Positions 28,006-41,002 of a DNA stretch of 64,000 bases are shown piece after piece. The translations under genes and the position numbers were made by a program. The notes beneath the pieces were generated by a model. It was not told where the DNA came from. It saw only the letters and a list, made by a program, of their open reading frames with translations, and ran no database searches. How positions within the stretch are numbered: position 1 is the first letter of the stretch; every line of letters begins with the position of its first letter. Origin of the DNA: Octopus bimaculoides (Eukaryota); NCBI RefSeq assembly GCF_001194135.2, contig NC_068986.1:18837783-18901782 (forward strand), written 5' to 3'.

Positions 28006-28792
28006 ATGAGACGCTACTACTAATTACGTTGAATAGCCAATTACCAGGTTTCTTTTTAGATATGGTCAGTTTGCCAGTTTCTTATAATGCGACATCATAA
28101 TCAGGGTAAAATTATCTACGGAAGGTAACTTAGCTATAAGATATGTATAGCTTGATCGCGTAAAAAAAGGTTATGGACTAGCAATGGTAAACGGGATTAA
28201 AACATTTGTAAGATGTATTATATAATCATCAACAGGATTTAAACTCGGACCATAAAGAGTCCGAGCAAATATTGTGAAGCATTTTGCCTTTATCATAGCA
28301 ATAGTACTAAATTCCAAAATTTATTAGTCTTTTCTGATTGAGTTAGAAGGATTGTTATATGTTTAAGGAGCCGAGTTTGTCTCCACCATCGATATTACTC
28401 TTCAAGTGGAACATTAGTTTTACCAACGTTGAATGGATGAAGTGCAACGTCTGTTGAAACTCACTGACGTTGCAAGGTAAACCGTCCAAACATAAAAAAT
28501 GATTTGAAAACAAGAAAATATTTATACTGATAGATGCTACAAACTGAGCTGAAAATGTCGAGTAGAGCTGGCCAAAGAGGAAAGTATCAATCTTCAGTCC
28601 TTTCAAGGTCGACTACACTGCCTCTTTCGCTACAGCCGCCGCCGCCGCCGCCGAGAGCAACAGCAACAACAACAACGAACACAGTATCAGTTTCAAATTT
28701 TGGTGAGCTATATTAGTGAAGGTGTGTACATAATTATGTCACCTCCAGTACATGACTGGCTCTTCATTCTTTACACACCCGAAAAGATGAAA

Positions 28793-28942
28793 GAAGAAGA
28801 AGAAGAAGAAGAAGAAGAAGAAGAAGAAGAAGAAGAAGAAGAAGAAGAAGAAGAAGAAGAAGAAGAAGAAGAAGAAGAAGAAGAAGAAGAAGAAGAAGAA
28901 GAAGAAGAAGAAGAAGAAGAAGAAGAAGAAGAAGAAGAAGAA
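28793..28942 (+). repeat. Perfect (GAA)50 microsatellite
   Basis: 50 consecutive GAA units, read as E50 in ORF 28700..28951. Confidence 0.97.
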
Positions 28943-29656
28943 TGGCGATAAAAATAGAAATAGTATATCGAACATAAAATACAATATCAAGAAATTCAAA
29001 ATGAAGGAAGGCAGTATAAAAAGTAACGGAGCAAAAACAAATAACAACAAAAACATTTTTGAAAGGAAACAGTATCAAGTATAACGAACAATGACAAACA
29101 TGACAAACAATATTGTAGGAAACAATAATTAAATAAATTCTAAACAAGAACTAAAAACACACCAAACATAATCTAACAGACAGCAGCTATGAATTAGTTT
29201 CCTATCTCATCTAATTGTACTCGAGTATCTAACGAAGCATGTCTGACTAATTGTTCTGATCAATCCAAAAATGTCGCCGGTGGCTGATTTTTACTAGTCG
29301 GAACAATAATTTCTTGGTATCTCCGTTTCGATGAAGTTAGTTTAGTTTCTTTTCGTTGCGTTTTGTTTTACCATTACTGAAACCAACTGATAAAAGGCAG
29401 CGTAACTTGATTAAAAGAATTGCTGTCGTGTAGATGTAAGATCGACAATGTTAAAGGAAATACAATGGAAGATAAAGGGCGGAGGAAAAAGACAATTACA
29501 GAAACAAAAAAAATGGCGAATTCTGCAGAGTGATAAAAATTAGTGCGTAAATAACAGATATTAGACTTTAAAAATACCAATAGAATTCGCTTTATAGAAA
29601 ATATTTCTTACATTGCTATATATATATGTGTGTGTGTGTGTCTGTGTTTGTGTGTG

Positions 29657-29691
<35 letters not shown>

Positions 29692-29725
29692 GTGTATGTG
29701 TGTGTGTGTGTGCGTGTGTATCGTA

Positions 29726-29926
29726 TACTTGTTTCAGTCATTAGACTGCAGCCATGAGAGGGCACCGTCTCAAGGAATATTTGACCGAAATAAATGACGC
29801 CAATACTCCTTTTCTGTTTAAGTCTGGAGCATATTCTATTGCTCTGTCTGCCGAACCGCTAGTCTATGTGGACGTAAATATATCATCAACAGCTGCCAAA
29901 CAGTGGTAGGGGAGAAACATCGACAC

Positions 29927-29930
<4 letters not shown>
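29726..29930 (-). mobile_element. SINE family B, 3' portion ending at an assembly gap
   Basis: cttgtttcagtcattagactgcagccatg...gcaccg...tgccgaaccgcta...gacgtaaata. Confidence 0.75.
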
Positions 29931-29965
<35 letters not shown>

Positions 29966-30355
29966 NNNNNNNNNNNNNNNNNNNNNNNNNNNNNNNNNNN
30001 NNNNNNNNNNNNNNNNNNNNNNNNNNNNNNNNNNNNNNNNNNNNNNNNNNNNNNNNNNNNNNNNNNNNNNNNNNNNNNNNNNNNNNNNNNNNNNNNNNNN
30101 NNNNNNNNNNNNNNNNNNNNNNNNNNNNNNNNNNNNNNNNNNNNNNNNNNNNNNNNNNNNNNNNNNNNNNNNNNNNNNNNNNNNNNNNNNNNNNNNNNNN
30201 NNNNNNNNNNNNNNNNNNNNNNNNNNNNNNNNNNNNNNNNNNNNNNNNNNNNNNNNNNNNNNNNNNNNNNNNNNNNNNNNNNNNNNNNNNNNNNNNNNNN
30301 NNNNNNNNNNNNNNNNNNNNNNNNNNNNNNNNNNTATATATATATATATATCTAT

Positions 30356-30406
<51 letters not shown>

Positions 30407-30464
30407 CATGTATGTATGTATGTATGTATGTATGTATGTATGTATCTTTATATAGTCAGTTGAG

Positions 30465-30778
30465 GTGTATTCTGTTCAGCACGTCTAAGAGTACAAATTG
30501 AGCTCGTTCACCCTTTGATTTCCCAAATATTCGGTCGTATTCTTATGGTAAGCTATGCTACCAATTCTAGTCTTAAGTATTCTTCGTGTGCGGAAATAAA
30601 AATACCAAATAGAATGGAAAAAAAAATTACGGATCCATGTACTTTACTATCCGGCAAATGTGACCTTTGCCTTGAGGAAGCACTGAGTAATGAAAATTTA
30701 GTGAATAAAAATAATGAGAAAATGCCAAGATGTAACCACCGTGCCAGACATGCATTTTCCAGAAGAAACAATGTATAA
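30465..30778 (+). mobile_element. Penelope-like element (Neptune-like) GIY-YIG C-terminal remnant
   Basis: ORF 30515..30778 contains YATNSSLKY..EIK...GKCDLCLEEALS..NLVNKNNEKMPRCNHRARH. This matches the Y-x-N-S-T-x-L-S-x-Y-x-W...C-x-LC-x-E-x-K...LN-K-x-x-E...C-x-H end of Neptune-type PLE ORFs. Confidence 0.75.
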
Positions 30779-31879
30779 ATTATAATTATTATTAATCTAC
30801 CTCGCTAAACCCATTTTTTACGGCCTTCACGTATGTATATGAGTGTGTACTTATTATGGAACGTTCTCTGATATAACTATGTAGATATAACTATGTACAT
30901 GAAAATGAGTAGATGAATGTATAAGCGTCTACGTATAGATGTGAATGTGTTTATTGATTTGTAGGTGACTATATGTATACGTGTGTGCATCTGAATATAT
31001 GTACAGAAATGTTATATATATGGTCTGGCCAAATCAAAATATTTTTTTCTTTTTTTTTTGTATTGCTCCTTTCTACTTCGAGAGTCTAAATGTAGTTACA
31101 AAAATATATCCTTTTGTTGAAATGAAATTTCAGTAAATTTCTATATCTTTGTGCAGCTAAGGATTGCTCTGCATTTTACATTTGATGTAATGTTCACATT
31201 GCTTAAATAATTGAAATGATTGTACTGCATTAACTTTGGATATCCTCGTTGCTTAATTTGATTTTAATCACCTTATTTTGGAATTGAATGTATACCATAC
31301 TTAATTCTGGTGCCTAAACTTAAGTACCATATTCACCTTGAATCTAAATATACACACACATATATATATATATATANNNNNNNNNNNNNNNNNNNNNNNN
31401 NNNNNNNNNNNNNNNNNNNNNNNNNNNNNNNNNNNNNNNNNNNNNNNNNNNNNNNNNNNNNNNNNNNNNNNNNNNNNNNNNNNNNNNNNNNNNNNNNNNN
31501 NNNNNNNNNNNNNNNNNNNNNNNNNNNNNNNNNNNNNNNNNAGAGAGAGGGATAGAGGGGGGATAAAGAGGGAGAGAAAGAGGGGGAGAGAGAGAGAGAA
31601 AGAGAGAGATGAGATGAAAAATCACAGATTTGTTTTACAGAATTTAAGAGTATATTAGAGTCGTAATAATACAAATATACAATTGTGTCCAAAATAAGGT
31701 TTTGTACTTACAATATAATTTATTCACATTACTCATCAAACTGAGAGTTGAAAGAGATAAAGTGATAGGGACAAAATATTGTTAGGGGAGATAATTTATC
31801 AGTCATTTATCTTACAGTAAAAGGGAGGTAATTTTGTGTTCCCTGCTATATTCTGACTTATAACTTCCATTACATGGAC

Positions 31880-32628
31880 TAAGTCCATGTTTGGCGGACA
31901 GTTTAACATTTATATGTCTCCCTGTCTGCTGAGAATGGGCGGTAGTGGCACGGCTGTACTTTTTCGCAAGACTCTGGATCTCGAAGTAAAGTCAATATTC
32001 GTCGAACCGGATGTTGGAATGACCGTCCTGCATGTCGACGGCAGTAATGGGAGCGCTTTTCGACTCGTATCAGTCTATGCACCGACTTTAACAGGTCGGT
32101 CGGATTTCTTTCGACGTCTAGAAGTATTCCTACGAACGTCTCACCCCTTACTCTTAGGGTGGGGTTGGAATGCTACCTTGGACACACATGTAGACTACGT
32201 GGGGAGAGATAGGAATAGGCGGGGATGCAACTAACTCAGAGACCTGCTCAGAGGACGCTTTCAACTGTCTGACAGGTACCGACTCGACTACCCGAATACG
32301 CCAACCTGGACATGGAACAACCGCATCGGGTCGTTGAGATCGTATCTATATAGGATAGTGTGTGGGGTAGTAGATTGAAAAAGTGTAGGGTATCCATAAT
32401 ACCACATAGTCAACTACACAGATCACAAACTTGTGACGTGTACGCTAGACTTAGATAAGACAGATAGGCAGGGGTCCGGGTACTGGAATGTTAACGCGTC
32501 TTTCCCATCGAGACACGTTTTCAGAGACCGGATTAGCACGTTAGTAAAGAGGGCTTTGACGGGTGCTATCATCAACAACAAATTGCGGTTTGCCCTCAAG
32601 ACAGCAATAAAAGCAGAATGTATATATA
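31880..32628 (+). mobile_element. Tx1/L1-clade LINE ORF2 apurinic-endonuclease domain, decayed and cut by a gap
   Basis: GTAVLFRK...FRLVSVYAP...FFRRL...GWNATLD (GDFN-like)...LSDRYRLDYPNTPTWTW...TDHKLV...GSGYWNVNAS: the APE motifs in order, followed by the YWK(L/F)N linker typical of L1/Tx1. Confidence 0.88.
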
Positions 32629-34109
32629 NNNNNNNNNNNNNNNNNNNNNNNNNNNNNNNNNNNNNNNNNNNNNNNNNNNNNNNNNNNNNNNNNNNNNNNN
32701 NNNNNNNNNNNNNNNNNNNNNNNNNNNNNNNNNNNNNNNNNNNNNNNNNNNNNNNNNNNNNNNNNNNNNNNNNNNNNNNNNNNNNNNNNNNNNNNNNNNN
32801 NNNNNNNNNNNNNNNNNNNNNNNNNNNNNNNNNNNNNNNNNNNNNNNNNNNNNNNNNNNNNNNNNNNNNNNNNNNNNNNNNNNNNNNNNNNNNNNNNNNN
32901 NNNNNNNNNNNNNNNNNNNNNNNNNNNNNNNNNNNNNNNNNNNNNNNNNNNNNNNNNNNNNNNNNNNNNNNNNNNNNNNNNNNNNNNNNNNNNNNNNNNN
33001 NNNNNNNNNNNNNNNNNNNNNNNNNNNNNNNNNNNNNNNNNNNNNNNNNNNNNNNNNNNNNNNNNNNNNNNNNNNNNNNNNNNNNNNNNNNNNNNNNNNN
33101 NNNNNNNNNNNNNNNNNNNNNNNNNNNNNNNNNNNNNNNNNNNNNNNNNNNNNNNNNNNNNNNNNNNNNNNNNNNNNNNNNNNNNNNNNNNNNNNNNNNN
33201 NNNNNNNNNNNNNNNNNNNNNNNNNNNNNNNNNNNNNNNNNNNNNNNNNNNNNNNNATATATATATATATATATAAATGTATGTATGTATCTCCGCGTAT
33301 ATGTATTTTTATATGTATATACGAATAAAACGTGTGAATGAATTATTAATGGAAGAAGCTATTTAAAAAAAAAAAACAGTGGAGGAGATTCAACCGACCT
33401 CTGAAAAAGTTTATACCGTTTATTTACCATCAGAATGCTTTTTAATGAGGAAGTTTAAAAAGGAAACATAATATTCCCTTTTTATGTGTATCTGCGGAAT
33501 ACTAAATTGCGTACATCACGTTCGAACAAGCACACGCACAATGAACATGTACAATCACTGCGCACACAATCCGTTACACATATACGCGTGATTTATTTAT
33601 ACTATCGTACGTATATAGTCTTTTGTGTGATATCTATGTTTCAATAAATGCGAGTGTGAATATGTAGGGTTTCATAGTTAGAGACAAGAATGTGGTAGAG
33701 ATTGTTTGGTATTTTACATGAAATTTATACTTTGGGAAGGAGTTGGTGTATTAATAATGTTTGCAAATAAAAAATCTATAGCATTTGATATTTGCTTCTC
33801 TGTGAATGAAATTAAATGAAAACAAAACATACTACAGTATATTGATAGCGTTGAGTAAATGGAAGAAAGTTACAAAAATCAAATACGTTATATGATAAAA
33901 TATAAATTTCTCGGCAAATTAAATTTTCACACTGAGAAGAAAAAATGTTATGAAGCACGCTGCCATTGTTTTGCATCCCTTTCGCTTAAAAGGTATCATC
34001 AACGAATTATAATCATTCTAAATATGTTTGAAATGTAGACAAGTAAGACCATCAGCTTAAAATATCCAACGCAGTTAAGTCATATATCATATATTTACAT
34101 GCGTTTATG

Positions 34110-34300
34110 CTTACAACAAAAGAAATTGTGAAGACCTTGCAGCCTCATGTAGCAACAGAAAACGTAGTTTATGTCACGTTTCTCTGGAAGACTTCACACA
34201 CGTGATTAACAGTCCAAAAATACCATCGAAGTACTACCTTCCTATGCGAGACAAAGCTGTCGCTAAAACTATATACAATGCCGTTTGGGAAAATATATAC
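34110..34300 (+). mobile_element. RLE-type (R4/Dong-like) LINE zinc-knuckle remnant, separate family
   Basis: With one frameshift it reads RSLCHVSLEDFTHVINS/PKIPSKYYLPMRDKAVAKTIYNAV, resembling CRLC...EDxxHIxSxCxKxSxRYYLPxRHDxVAK. Confidence 0.6.
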
Positions 34301-36619
34301 TATCCCAGGATACATATTGAGATCCTCTGTGTGATTTTTTTTTTATAATTACACAAATATTAACACATTAAATGTTGGTGGCAATTTTTGTCAGAACCTC
34401 TTAGCTATCGAATGGATATTAAGAAAGGCATACCTGGTCGCACAGTTAATCTCGTCTGACTTCTTCGAATGTAATGACTGCTTTAGAATAAGAGTTAAAG
34501 AGAAAATGTATTTTGTGATTATGAAGATTAATTTATGTCACCGAATTAAAAATATGTGTGGAAACTCAATTTCCTTTGCTTTTTAACGGGAATATGTATT
34601 GGATTGCGAGGTTATACATTTGTTTTATCTATTTTAATGTTATATTTGTCATACTCTGTGAACCGATAAATTGTTTGTTTCGAATTTTTACAGCCATTCC
34701 ACATTCGGTTCGTTTTTGTCTGACGATGTTTAAGTAATTGCATTGATGCAGATAGCTATTAGAAGGCAGAGAAATTGCATTATACTACTGATTGCATCAG
34801 TTCAAATATATTCGATTTGTTATAAAATATTTGATCGAGTACAGAGTAACCGGAAATAATAACGTCTGTGATTTATTTTCTTTGTATATTTTTTCCTTAA
34901 ATCTTTTGTTTTATCATGTATTTTGAGAGACTGTTGCTGCTACTCATTAATCTCGTGTAACTGAAATCAAATCTACCGTTTTTTTTATATTTGTTTTACA
35001 ATTAAATTAGCGCCTAGATACCATTGTTAGCTTCAAAACTTCTTGTTTTTGGTTTTTTTTTTCTGTCTGTCCGTTCTTCCGGTATGTTGACCGAATTCAG
35101 ATTCCTCCTGACGTTTGCCTTTCTTGTTTACTTTCTACTTTCTTTCAAAGTTATTCCAATTCAACTTTCATCTTTCAAGAGTTTTATACGCAGTGACTTT
35201 TTTCTGCCTATATCCATTTTCTTAGTTTTATCAATTCGTAATTTATACGTTATTTTTCCATGCTATGAATATATTTGCTTTTGTTTGAGTTTATATGCCT
35301 CGTTGTTTTTTTTTTTACTCAAATTTCTTCATACCCGTTTCTTCCTTATGTTGGAGAGAGGAACTGGTATGTTATCCGAAAGCTACTTACCTGTGTTTCA
35401 TCTATGTGGGTAATATATATTTCGTGTTTTTCTTGGCTAGAAAATGAGAATATGGGCATGGTAAATTGTTTAATTATCTACAGTATACACTCTGGGGAAT
35501 ATATATACAAATCACTAGATCGTGACTGTAGAGAGCATCGAATTTGTGAGTAGTTTTACTGAAATGTGCTTTAGAGAGATGCGTTTTAATCATGCAACAA
35601 ACTACGATTAATTTCACCAACTGAACTCGAATAATATGTGTAAAATCTTGTTTTTGACATGACGAGTAGGAAAACTTCACGGACAAGCGATATCTAAAAT
35701 TTTCAGAGGTGACTTTCGAAAGCCAAATTTTCGGAAGTAATTTGTTGGTTTAGTTTGCATTATATTTATGTTTAGGCCCATATTTTCCCCTCGCAGTGTA
35801 ACCCTACTTCAGAACCTTCCTTATTCACAATATCGGAATTTGTGAAAAGCGGGCACACTTTATACTGCAGCTTTGATGCTTGGAATTTATCGCATGAAAT
35901 ATGATTCCAAGAATGATATTATACTTTGTTTAAACTGGACTTGAAGGCGACTGTGTGTCCGGCCAGTTTTAATTAACGTGGGAAATTCAGATTTAACAGC
36001 GAACATTTTTATATTATATTATTGATTTAAATTATTTCATTTATTCGTATTTTATATGACTTCTTTTTCTAGGGTAACGATAGAATGTGTTGCAGCGACT
36101 GATATTCCCGTGAGAATTTTCGAAAGAAAATATTTGAAATTACAGATTAAAAATTGAAGAGAAACACAAAAGTATGGTATAAAATAAGAAGCGGTAACGA
36201 AAGCAATTGTTAAAAGTTTGTAAAAAAATATATAAAGTTATACTGAAATTTCAAAAGTGTACAATTTTTGGAATTGTAATACAGTGTGATATTAAATACA
36301 CATTCACAATTTTAATTTGCACGTTCACACTTAAAAGAAAACATCAAACGGTAGACGAAATATTAAGACAGAAACCGATAACGGCAGAGTCTTTTGGTAT
36401 TGCGATTCAACAATAATAGTTCATCATGAGCTATTGTCAAAAATTGTAAATAAGGATAGAAATAAAAAACAAACTTGGGTAGAGGTCTATCACAAAACAA
36501 AGAACAATATTACAATAGATGTTAATCTGAAAAAGCATTTCTTCGTTTCTAAGACTGAAGTGGGATTCATATGCATTATTAGACGTAACGCGAAAAATAA
36601 ACTTGTACGTGGTATGGTT

Positions 36620-36830
36620 TTCACAGAGTTCACATGGATGTTAAGGTTAGAATGTTGAAATCTGGGACGAGGTGATGAAATAGGTGCAGACGTATCCACT
36701 ATAAACATTGCCACAGTCTGGTTCAGCTGTACATTGGGATTTGGAACACATGGGTTACAGACAATGGATTTGATGTAGATTGGTGAACATTGTTTCTTCA
36801 GCAATTCTACTAAACCAAATGGTGACTGTC
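36620..36830 (+). mobile_element. Possible trace of a Gypsy-type integrase core
   Basis: The motifs HRVHMD, FGTHGL, TDNG and KPNG occur in the expected order across frames, but spacing is shorter than canonical. Confidence 0.25.
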
Positions 36831-37489
36831 AAAGTGCCACAGGTATAATTGGGCATGACTTATGTGATTCTCAGCTGCATACTATTGACCCAAGAGAATT
36901 ACATGACTTAGATTTATAATGCTCATCATTAGATAATACTCTCTGGGAATTCACACCTCTATATGTTATACGCAATTGCTGAAGATCTGATACTTTCTTC
37001 GTTCTTGCTTCTTCCCAATCAGGAAAACAACAAACACCTCGCTGATTTACATGAAGCGAGAAACGATTCTACTAACACAGAGCAGAAAATATATGGGTTG
37101 GTTATGTTGAAGTTGTTGCTGATGGATGAGTGACAAACATATACAACTACTGTGTAACAGACGTCGTTTTCATCGAAGGAACAGATATTTCTAAAATACA
37201 TTTGTTCAAGTTAAAAAAAAATTGTGGACATATAAGCCGAGATCCTCCTCCCAAATACAACCGACAAATCTTTTACTGGAATGTTCACGAAATGTTCCTT
37301 GGTTGAAATTTATTAGCAGCAGTTGATCCAAGATGATGACCACAAATTTATATAATTCTTTCGTGAGAGAAAAACGAAAATTTTGCGAAAGATCATAGGT
37401 ACTGCATTCCTAAATATACTTTGCCTACATTAAAACCAATCAACACTGATTAGTGATTATTGACTAAATAGAGTGAGTGAGCCTGCTCC

Positions 37490-38808
37490 CGTCAAATCAG
37501 GAGCACTTTTTTTCTTGATGACCTCTGACAACTACATCCGGCCTATTGGCCTTAATTTACCTGTCTAAGATTATGTGAATATTGCTACTCTTAACTATCC
37601 CAGACTATGGTTGCTTTCACATTTTATGTAACCTTTTCTGGTGTGTGCATATACCATCTTTTTTCAGTCGTTATTCCATTATATTGGTGTAGCTTCCAGA
37701 GTCTATGGGTTCCGACTCTGTCATGTCTGTGAATGTATTCCTTCTTAGCCAGTACTGGGAAGCCAGAGGAAATATGATTTATTGTTTCTGCACCATCTCA
37801 ACATATTCTGCAGTTACTTACATTTCTTTTCATTATATGCTTTTGGTAATTTCTGACGGGAAAGTTTTGGACCTGTGCGGCACTTAAAACTCCTTCAGTG
37901 TCTGCTTTGAGTCCTGAGCTTCTCAACCATTGTTGGTATTTTGCTTTGTGTATTTTTTCTGTTTAATGTAACCTAGTATTTGCCATGAAGGGACTCTTCT
38001 TGCCACCGTTTTATCATTATCCATTGCTGTTGCAGTTTTAGTTTAGATTTCAGTTGCTTTACAGATTTTGTTGTTTCTTCGTTTTCTTCGTGGTGGTTAA
38101 GTACAATGATTTCGTTTTTGTATTTGTCAGCTTCCTTAAAGACAGAAAACAGATTTTTTGTTTTGCTCGTTTTTTTTGTGGCTATTTGTATTTGTTTTCT
38201 TTTCTTCTGAAGTCGGTATTTCAGTGGTCCTATGGTATTTAATTTGTAATAGTTTTCTATCTGCATAAGACCTCTACGACATTTCATATGTTGTATATAT
38301 ATTCTACGTCAGATTTCGTGTGATGCATCCTAAAGCCTGTCATAATTTTTCTTGTATTCTTGTCTATTTTGATTAGTCAATTTAGAGTCCAGTTCAGAAT
38401 ATTGTAGCTGTAACTTATAACTGTGACGGCTAGAATGTTGAAACATATTAATTCCTTTTTCGTATTGAGCTTTGTTTTCTGTATTAATTTAACACGTCTA
38501 TAATATTCTTTTCTTATCTTCTCGTTCATTTGTGTGTGTTGTATCATATCTAGTTCATTGATTCCTAAGAATTTGTATGTCTGGCCTTGGTCTAATTTTC
38601 TTATTTCATTTGCTTTATCCAGTGTGATATTGCTACTCTTAACTAGCTTTCCTCTATTCAAGGTTGATTTGTCACATTTTTGTAAGTCAATTTCATGTCT
38701 ATTTGGTAAATCCATGTACTGTCCGTAGTAATGTTTCCATGTGTTTATCATTTGTAGCGTACAGTCTTAGATCATCCAAATATAACAGGTGGCTGATTGC
38801 TTTGCCGT
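37490..38808 (-). mobile_element. R4/Dong-clade non-LTR retrotransposon (RT C-half, CCHC, RLE), degraded
   Basis: The minus strand gives ISHLLYLDDLRL (RT YxDD) at ~38795-38760, then TYKFLGI, KIRKEYYRRVKLI, CRRGLMQIE and WQEESLHGKY. It continues WLRSSGLKADTEG..AAQVQ, NCRIC*DGAETINHISSG..LAKKEYIHRHDRV and IKANRPDVVV (RLE PD motif). Multiple stops and frameshifts. Confidence 0.93.
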
Positions 38809-38825
38809 ATTATTATTATTATTAT

Positions 38826-38899
<74 letters not shown>

Positions 38900-39340
38900 T
38901 TTATTGTCTTTACACAGCTTCTAACGCTGGAGATGTACTACGGTGTCAGCTGTTCATTACCAGTGAACTAAGGTAACATCCATTATTTTTCGAGCACCAT
39001 CCGGAGTATTCGAGCGGTTCCAAGCAGTGTTATTTTCTGAAAGTGCTCCACTCTTATTGCAGCCCCTATTTGTTCCATGTACTTCTCAATATTTTTACTC
39101 ACTGCTCCCAGGATTCCGACAATTATTGGTACTAATAACACATTTTTCATCGACATCAACTGCTTAACCTAAAAGCTAGCCTGTTATACCTATCGACTTT
39201 TCTTTTTTCCTTATCGCATACCTTGTTGTCAGTTGGGCATCCTATAGCTATGATCTATCATCGTTTGCTTTCTTTCTCAACACAATGCCTGGCTTCTTAT
39301 TCTCTATCTCATGGTCGCACTGAATCATAGAATCTCAATG
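38900..39340 (-). mobile_element. 5'-truncated R4/Dong-clade LINE (RLE domain, stop, 3' UTR, (TAC)n(AAT)n tail), second subfamily
   Basis: IQCDHEIENKKPGIVL / IIAIGCPTDNKVCDKEKRKVDRYNRLA / VPIIVGILGAVSKNIEKYMEQIG...FQKITLLGTARILRMVLEK*, followed by a short UTR ending aagacaataaa-tactactac. Confidence 0.9.
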
Positions 39341-39397
<57 letters not shown>

Positions 39398-39489
39398 GTT
39401 GTTGTTGTTGTTGTTATTATTATTATTGTTATTATTATTATTATAATGATTATTATTATAATTGTTATTATTATCATCATTATTTTTCA

Positions 39490-39665
39490 ATTGGCTGTAT
39501 CGGTAGCACGCCGGACCAAATGTTGCGAGTCATTTCGTCCGCCTTTATCTGCTGAGTTCAAATTCCTTCCAAAGGTACATTCACATTTTTACCCTTCCTG
39601 AATCGACAAAATAAAGTGCGACTCAAGCAATACGGCTTAATTGAATTAGCCTGGCCATTAAAATT
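39490..39665 (+). mobile_element. SINE family A, decayed
   Basis: atcggtagcacgccggaccaaatg...catttcgtcc...ctgagttcaaattcc...atcgacaaaataaagt. Confidence 0.65.
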
Positions 39666-39960
39666 TCTGGGTTTCTGCTAATATCTTAAAAGATATTATT
39701 AGTTTTAATATTATAAATTTTATGAATATTCTGATGTCAAAAGCTTCTTTCTTCACTTAACTTTGGAGTTGACAATGTTTTCACATTTTTTCTTTGTTTT
39801 TCGCTTTTTAAATAAGATTCAAATTTATTCTTTTGAGGTCGAAATAAATGAAATTGATCTATTCCGCATATAATTAGTAACACCGATATTAATATTGCTG
39901 TTGAACTTGTCTTTGATATAATGTGTGCAGATTTTCTTTCTCTCTCTCGCTCGCATTCTT

Positions 39961-40008
<48 letters not shown>

Positions 40009-40118
40009 CATCTCTTTCTATCTCTCTCTTTGTCTTTGTCTCTTCATCCTTTACTGATATTATTTGTCAGTGTCGTTCTCCCTTTCCTCTTGCATTTCAT
40101 TATATATTGTTATCATGC

Positions 40119-40190
<72 letters not shown>

Positions 40191-40561
40191 CGTCATGATC
40201 GTCATCGTCCTTGTAATCATCATCATCACCGTCATCACCATCATCATCACCATCAACATCATCATTATCATCGATGTTTTTTTTTGCTTTTGATATTATC
40301 GTTTGCATTCTTGGTGTGAATATGGTTAGATTCGACTATTATTTTTACTATCTGCCCATTACTATGCATATATATGCATATATGTAATTGTGTGTGTATG
40401 TGTATGCGTGTATATGTGTGTGTGCGTGTATGTGTGTGCGTGTATATGTGTGTGCGCGTATGTGGGTGTGTGCTTGCATAGACATCTGTATACATATTCA
40501 TGCACGCTTGTATGTGTATGTATATATAGGTGTGTGTGTGTATGTGTGTGTATGTTTGTAT

Positions 40562-40685
40562 ATGTATGGATGGATGTATGCTTATGATATACATGAATCT
40601 ATGTGTTTATATGCATAGGAGATTAATTCCGAAGATGGTCAGTATAATTACATTAACGTTGTTGTTAGTGTCATAATCGTAATCC

Positions 40686-40739
<54 letters not shown>
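40562..40739 (+). repeat. Copy 1 of a ~125-nt unique segment plus (ATT)n, repeated in inverted orientation at 41778-41963
   Basis: ggatgtatgcttatgatatacatgaatctatgtgttt...gcataggagattaattccgaagatgg...gtcataatcgtaatcctt(att)n; its reverse complement is at 41836-41963. Confidence 0.9.
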
Positions 40740-40742
40740 GCA

Positions 40743-40792
<50 letters not shown>

Positions 40793-40968
40793 GCATTACT
40801 GCTGTCCCTACCACTAACATTCATATAATTATATCATCATAACTTCAAAGTCATCATCATCTCCATCGTGAACATTATTACCATCACTTCCTCTTTCTGA
40901 AAATATTTAATTTCATCACCATCATCATCATCATCATCATCATCACCATCATCATCGTCATCATCACC

Positions 40969-41002
<34 letters not shown>

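Noticed and set aside
28435-28484. ATG-initiated MDEVQRLLKLTDVA|gtaaac with a 9-bp inverted repeat
   Set aside because: Too short and unrecognised; 9-bp inverted repeats are expected many times by chance in 64 kb of AT-rich DNA.
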